NCBI GenBank assembly: GCA_963745835.1
Contig: CAVUZH010000003.1
Location: 384,001 to 448,000 of the forward strand
DNA from: an uncultured delta proteobacterium
Lineage (GTDB): Bacteria; Desulfobacterota; Binatia; UBA9968
Direction: 5' to 3'
Length of the DNA stretch: 64,000 bases
The notes beneath the pieces were generated by a model that was not told where the DNA came from, searched no databases, and saw nothing but the letters and a program-made list of their open reading frames with translations. Both the position numbers and the translations under genes were made by a program. Numbering within the stretch: the stretch's first letter is position 1; every line of letters begins with the position of its first letter. Positions 59,427 through 64,000 of the stretch are shown in pieces.

Positions 59427-60326
59427 TTGATCCGTATCGGTTACGCTTGCATCAACACTAAGCTGGACCCGCCTAATCGCACCTGCCGGCTAAAGAACGC
59501 AACCCCGGAAAAAATTCTTGAGCTGGCGGCGGTCAACGTTGAAGCGCTCCAGCCCATTTTGGATTGGAATGCGGCACACGGCATCGAGCTGTTTCGTATC
59601 ACGTCGGACCTGATCCCATTTGGCTCGCATCCGATCAATACGGTCCCCTGGTGGCGCATCCTCAAGTCACAGTTCGCGCGGCTCGGTGATTTTATCGCAA
59701 GCAAGGGTTTGCGCGTCTCGATGCACCCCGGACAATTTACCATTCTCAACTCACCCCGTCGTGAAGTGGTTGCCAACAGCGTCAAAGAACTCGAGTACCA
59801 TACTGCGGTACTCGACGCGCTTGGAGTCGATAACAGCCATAAAATCGTCATTCACCTAGGCGGCGTGTACGGGGACAAAACGGAAAGTCTCAGTCGCTTC
59901 GTCGAGAATTGCAAAAGGCTTAATTCCCGGATCAGGGCTCGGCTCGTAATCGAGAACGACGAGCGCTGCTACACAGTCGACGACGTGCTCGGCGCCTCGA
60001 GAGCGATCGGCGTGCCGGTAGTATTCGACGTGTTTCATCATATTTGGAACCCGGCGCTCGAAGCGCTGCCGGTGAGATTAATCATCGGGCTTGCCGCCAA
60101 GACCTGGCGCAAGCGCGATGGACGGGTCAAGATCCATTACTCGAACCAGTGGCCCGGAGGACCCGCGGGCGCTCACTCGAAGTCAATCAATGTCGGGAAG
60201 TTTTTGCGGTTTTATGAGACGATCCACGATCTCGATCTGGACATCATGCTCGAGGTCAAAGACAAAGAGCAGTCGGTTTTGAAACTCTTCCGGGCACTGA
60301 GCGCGCGCCAACTTCGTGCCGCTTGA
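59427..60326 (+). CDS. uvsE: UV DNA damage endonuclease
   Basis: IGYAC, FRITSDLIP, SMHPGQF, IHLGG, IENDE, FDVFHH, HYS, MLEVKDKE; AAGGAG RBS. Confidence 0.93.
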   Translation: MIRIGYACINTKLDPPNRTCRLKNATPEKILELAAVNVEALQPILDWNAAHGIELFRITSDLIPFGSHPINTVPWWRILKSQFARLGDFIASKGLRVSMHPGQFTILNSPRREVVANSVKELEYHTAVLDALGVDNSHKIVIHLGGVYGDKTESLSRFVENCKRLNSRIRARLVIENDERCYTVDDVLGASRAIGVPVVFDVFHHIWNPALEALPVRLIIGLAAKTWRKRDGRVKIHYSNQWPGGPAGAHSKSINVGKFLRFYETIHDLDLDIMLEVKDKEQSVLKLFRALSARQLRAA

Positions 60327-60438
60327 CCGTTTTGAGCCGAGTCAGTCGCTTCAACCCGGAGCGGTAAGCGGATAACCGAAGGCAAACCGTGCACCATAAA
60401 GTTGGCTGGCGGAACTCGACCATCTAATCAACTTCTCC

Positions 60439-60487
60439 GAACGATTGGAACGGAGCGAAGCGATTAAACGTCTGGAACGATTGAAAC
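60439..60487. repeat. GAAC micro-repeat, six degenerate 9-bp units
   Basis: GAAC/GAAG/AAAC at 60439, 60448, 60457, 60466, 60475 and 60484. Confidence 0.6.
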
Positions 60488-60494
60488 AATCGCT

Positions 60495-61226
60495 TCAGCG
60501 ATTTTCGATTGGCTCCAACCCGCTCTTGGTGATCGCGCCGGCCGCCTCAGGTGACGCGAGGAACTTGATCAGCGCGTGAGCCGCGTCCGAATCTCCGGTA
60601 CTCCGGGCGACGCCGGCCGAGAAGACAGAAACTTTCTGCACCTCGGGAGGCAACGGTGTGACATGATCGATCCCGGGTATGGGAAGCAGTTCGCTGATCT
60701 GCTGAAAGCCGATTTCCGCCTCTCCTCGCGCGACCACAGCGCCGACTCGCTCACCGCCTTCAATGCGCCGGCACTTGCTCAACACCTGATCGGCTATTCC
60801 CAAGCGTTGAAGCAGCTCGTTGGCCAAGTATTCCCCGCTTACGCTGGCCGAGTAGGCGATCGAGTTCGCTTGCAATAGAGTGCGCGTCAGGGCGTCCACG
60901 GTGCTGATGTCCGGCTTACGAGCTCCGGCGCGCACCGCCATGCCGATGGCTGAGCGTGCAACGGGAGTATAGCTTTCGGCAATTATCAGCCCTTCCTTGA
61001 TGAATCCAAGTAGTACCGCATCCGCCACAATGACAATGTCTACGGGTTCACCACGTCGTAGCCGATTCGGAATTGAGGTCTCTCCCGTTCCTATTGAGGT
61101 TGCGGCGGTCACGAGCTTCTTTTTCGTGACGAGTTCGAGTCGAGGAACGAGCTCAAGATAGGCCGCGGTAAAAGCGCCTGAGGTCATGACCCGTATTTCA
61201 TCTGTCATGCTATTCGTTGTATTCAT
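60495..61226 (-). CDS. ModA-fold protein, aconitate isomerase-like subgroup
   Basis: IRVMTSGAF, IPNRLRRGE, KPDIS, IAYSASVSG, GFQQISEL. Start uncertain; no clear signal peptide. Confidence 0.75.
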   Translation of the reverse strand: MNTTNSMTDEIRVMTSGAFTAAYLELVPRLELVTKKKLVTAATSIGTGETSIPNRLRRGEPVDIVIVADAVLLGFIKEGLIIAESYTPVARSAIGMAVRAGARKPDISTVDALTRTLLQANSIAYSASVSGEYLANELLQRLGIADQVLSKCRRIEGGERVGAVVARGEAEIGFQQISELLPIPGIDHVTPLPPEVQKVSVFSAGVARSTGDSDAAHALIKFLASPEAAGAITKSGLEPIENR

Positions 61227-61450
61227 GGTAGTCTCAACTTTCGCCATTGGTGTATTCGTCTTGCGTACTACCACCAGTATCCCCAAGCCTACGAGCGATC
61301 AAGCTATTTGGGAGTGATTCAAACTGACGTTAACTGTGTTGTTTGAAATGACAGGCTATCCATTTATATTAGACCTCTAAACCGGAATTAGACTTGTTCG
61401 GTACGCGAAAAGAAGAAATCTACTGAGCACGAAGAATAGGAGCTAAACCG

Positions 61451-62515
61451 ATGCCAATGATTGATGCCGATACCCATGTCGACGAATCCGAAGACACCTG
61501 GAAGAAGTTGGAGGGTACAACCTACGCGAAGTACATTCCGGTGACGATTTCGATGCCGCCGGATGAAGCCAAACGCGCCGGCTATAACCCGACCAATAGC
61601 CGCTGCTGGGTGGTGGAAGGCAGGCTGCAGAACCGTGCGATCCGTGATGAAGTCAATCATCCGCCACGTGTCCTGCGAGAGCTCCAGGATGTCCCCGGCC
61701 GGCTCGCGCACATGGATAAGATGGGCGTCGACGTGCAAGTTATCTTTCCGACGTTCTTCATCCGCTACAATACTATCAATGCCGAGGCCGAATGGGCGCT
61801 GACCACGACCTACAATCGATGGCTCGCCGATAAATGCGCGCAAACCAAGGGGCGGCTACGATGGGCGGCTGTGCTACCGCTGCTTCAGCCGGACAAGGCT
61901 GTCGAGGAGCTGCGTTGGGCCAAAGCGAACGGCGCCTGCGGCATCTTCAAGCGCGGCTTCGATCTCGACAGGAATGTCACCGACCCACATTTTTTTTCCG
62001 TTTACGAAGAAGCGAGCGCGCTCGACCTGCCTCTGTGCATCCACACCGGCCATCCGCTTCCGGCGAGCGAGTGGGACAGGGGGTTTCCGATCATGTATTC
62101 CTTTACGCAACTGGTGAGCTCGGGTCTTGCGCAGAAGTTCCCGAAACTTCGGTTTGGCTTGATTGAGTCGGGCGCTTCGTGGATTCCCTATGCCATCTCG
62201 CAGTTGGGAGCGGTAAAACGGCAAGCGCTGCGCGGCCAACAGACTCGATTGCCGCGCCTGTTTGAACTGGAACCGGAACTGTTCCGCGCCAACCGGCTGT
62301 TCGTCACCATCGACCCGATTGACGATATCGAGTCTTTACTAAAATTTGGCACTGAAGATAATCTGATGATCGGCACCGACTACAGCCACACTGATATCTC
62401 CGCCAACCTGAGCGCGTTGGATGAAGTCCGCAGCTGGGCTGAAGAGGGCAGGATCAGCAACGCCCAGGCAAGCAAGATTCTGGAGAGCAACTCGAAGGTG
62501 TTCTACGGACTCTAG
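61451..62515 (+). CDS. Amidohydrolase family protein (Amidohydro_2)
   Basis: IDADTH, IFPT, IHTG, IESG, GTDYSH. Confidence 0.87.
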   Translation: MPMIDADTHVDESEDTWKKLEGTTYAKYIPVTISMPPDEAKRAGYNPTNSRCWVVEGRLQNRAIRDEVNHPPRVLRELQDVPGRLAHMDKMGVDVQVIFPTFFIRYNTINAEAEWALTTTYNRWLADKCAQTKGRLRWAAVLPLLQPDKAVEELRWAKANGACGIFKRGFDLDRNVTDPHFFSVYEEASALDLPLCIHTGHPLPASEWDRGFPIMYSFTQLVSSGLAQKFPKLRFGLIESGASWIPYAISQLGAVKRQALRGQQTRLPRLFELEPELFRANRLFVTIDPIDDIESLLKFGTEDNLMIGTDYSHTDISANLSALDEVRSWAEEGRISNAQASKILESNSKVFYGL

Positions 62516-63058
62516 AATCAAGATGCCCTGCGCTTTAGGTTCTCCTGGCGATTTGTTTTACATCGCGGGTCATTTCCCGCATAGGATCAGCAGACGTTGA
62601 ACGGCTGACCGGATAAGCTGCCGAACCCCGCTTGTCGGTTGATACGGTTCAGCTTCGGCTCAAATCGCTTTCCGGTTTTTAAACCGTTCCTGTCGGTGTT
62701 GCTAAAACGTCGATTATTTATTGCAGTTCGGAACAGACGTAATCAGAGATTGACGCCGGCTACGGTCATCCGATATGTCTCTAAACCTGAGCCGGCTGTA
62801 GAAGTCCGCAACCGGGGCAAGTGAGATAGAAGCGCTGAAAGCTTCTCGACATTAACTTCCAGGCGTTCTATGGCCTATGAAGAAATCTTCACTGCACCCT
62901 GCCTCAACGAGCTATCGCAGGTGCAACGCCTGGAGCCAAGCCTATTTGCAAACGGCCCCCATAGCGCGAGGCCCGAAAAATTCGACATCCAGCAAAGGAA
63001 TTGAGGCGAGAGGGGGAAGGAAGCACGGTGTATAGAAATCAGGAGAGGAGCCTAAACG

Positions 63059-63457
63059 ATGAGAGTTAGAGCCATTGCCATATCCTTTCTCTTCTTTGCC
63101 GTTATTTTTGCCTCGGGCTACGTGCTGCTGATTCATGGCGCTGCGGCGACGACCAATCCTGATCTCTTCGTTTTCCCCAAGTATCAGTATGGGGCCGCGG
63201 ACAAAGTTTGGGACGAGATTATGGTCGGGATCGCTAAGGCAGAGGCTGACTACGTGCGCGCCGTTCTGCGTCGTGGCGGCGTTGCTCCGGGATACAAGGA
63301 GCAGATAATTGCGTTTCGCGATGAGGCAATTTACTGGGATTCTGTCGCCAAGGTCATGGTCTACCATTCCGATTTCGAAGCTGCCCGTCAGGCCGGGAAG
63401 AAAGCTGAAATGCTGCTCAGGCAAATGGCCGGCATCATAGCCGGAGAGAAGACCTAG
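63059..63457 (+). CDS. Hypothetical exported or membrane-anchored protein
   Basis: GAGGAG RBS, N-terminal hydrophobic segment, helical body; no family recognised. Confidence 0.6.
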   Translation: MRVRAIAISFLFFAVIFASGYVLLIHGAAATTNPDLFVFPKYQYGAADKVWDEIMVGIAKAEADYVRAVLRRGGVAPGYKEQIIAFRDEAIYWDSVAKVMVYHSDFEAARQAGKKAEMLLRQMAGIIAGEKT

Positions 63458-63501
63458 CTGAGTTGCGCGCGCAACGAAATGTTGCGACGTTTCCGCCAGA
63501 A

Positions 63502-63657
63502 CTAGCAGCTGCTGAAAAAGACCCATATGCTTCGTTGCCGCTCAATCGCCTCGCTGCGACGTACTGTAAGTACGCCTCCGCTCGTCGATTTTTCACGCGC
63601 CTCGCCTCTGGATCTTTTTGAGCAGCCTGCAAGAGGCTTTTTTCAGCACCCTGCTAG
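63502..63657. mobile_element. MITE-like element, copy 3 (CTAG-flanked)
   Basis: CTAGCAGCTGCTGAAAAA...TTTTTCAGCACCCTGCTAG; near-identical to copy 1. Confidence 0.8.
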
Positions 63658-64000
63658 GCCGGCAAATCGGCAACGGCAATACCCGAATCTATAGCTTCAC
63701 ACTTGGCTTCTTCAGCGGCGGATTTTTGTTGCGCCAGCGCTAGCACCTCGGCGGCGCGGTCACGAGGGATAAAGCAAACGCCGGTGTCATCGGCGAGCAC
63801 GATATCTCCGGCCGCCACGCGCACCCCGCCGACCATGATCTCGCCGTTGATCTCGACGGTTTCGATGCGCCACTTGCCGGTGACCGGTGTGATCTCCGTG
63901 GCCCATACCGGATAGCCGACCCGGCGCGAGTGGCCGACGTCGCGCACACCGCCGAATACGACAGCGCCCGCCTCACCTTGGCGTTTGCCGGTTTGGGCGG
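63654..64000 (-). CDS. RraA/HMG aldolase family protein (5' truncated by the window edge)
   Basis: GAVVFGGVRD, YPVWA, GDIVLADDTGVCFIP. Confidence 0.85.
   Translation of the reverse strand, partial: AQTGKRQGEAGAVVFGGVRDVGHSRRVGYPVWATEITPVTGKWRIETVEINGEIMVGGVRVAAGDIVLADDTGVCFIPRDRAAEVLALAQQKSAAEEAKCEAIDSGIAVADLPA

Noticed and set aside
1-64000. tRNA, rRNA, prophage, defence systems, selenocysteine recoding
   Set aside because: No supporting motifs seen by eye; tRNAscan-SE, Infernal and DefenseFinder would be needed to exclude them formally.

Overview
GC-rich bacterial chromosomal segment with about 60 CDS. I found no rRNA, tRNA, CRISPR array, integrase or transposase. It is dominated by small-molecule uptake and catabolism genes. 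There are eight SsuA/THI5(NMT1)-type ABC substrate-binding proteins (SBPs) but only one ATPase plus two permeases, a TctABC system, a second TctC-like SBP, five amidohydrolase-superfamily proteins, two tandem pyruvate-carboxylase-type carboxyltransferases, two RidA proteins, PhoD, Ald and UvsE. This repertoire resembles Candidatus Binatia (inference, not verified). The strongest candidate for an undescribed system is a lipoprotein plus an 837-aa secreted TPR-like protein tightly coupled to the only ABC translocator in the window. Other notable signals are an isolated, degenerate integron attC-like site, three copies of a ~156-bp CTAG-flanked MITE, a candidate three-way-junction RNA, an aconitate-isomerase-like ModA-fold protein, dispersed GAAC/GTTC tandem micro-repeats, and four +1 frameshifts between 16.7 and 18.9 kb that may be sequencing errors. 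All family calls come from motif recognition by eye; no database searches were run.
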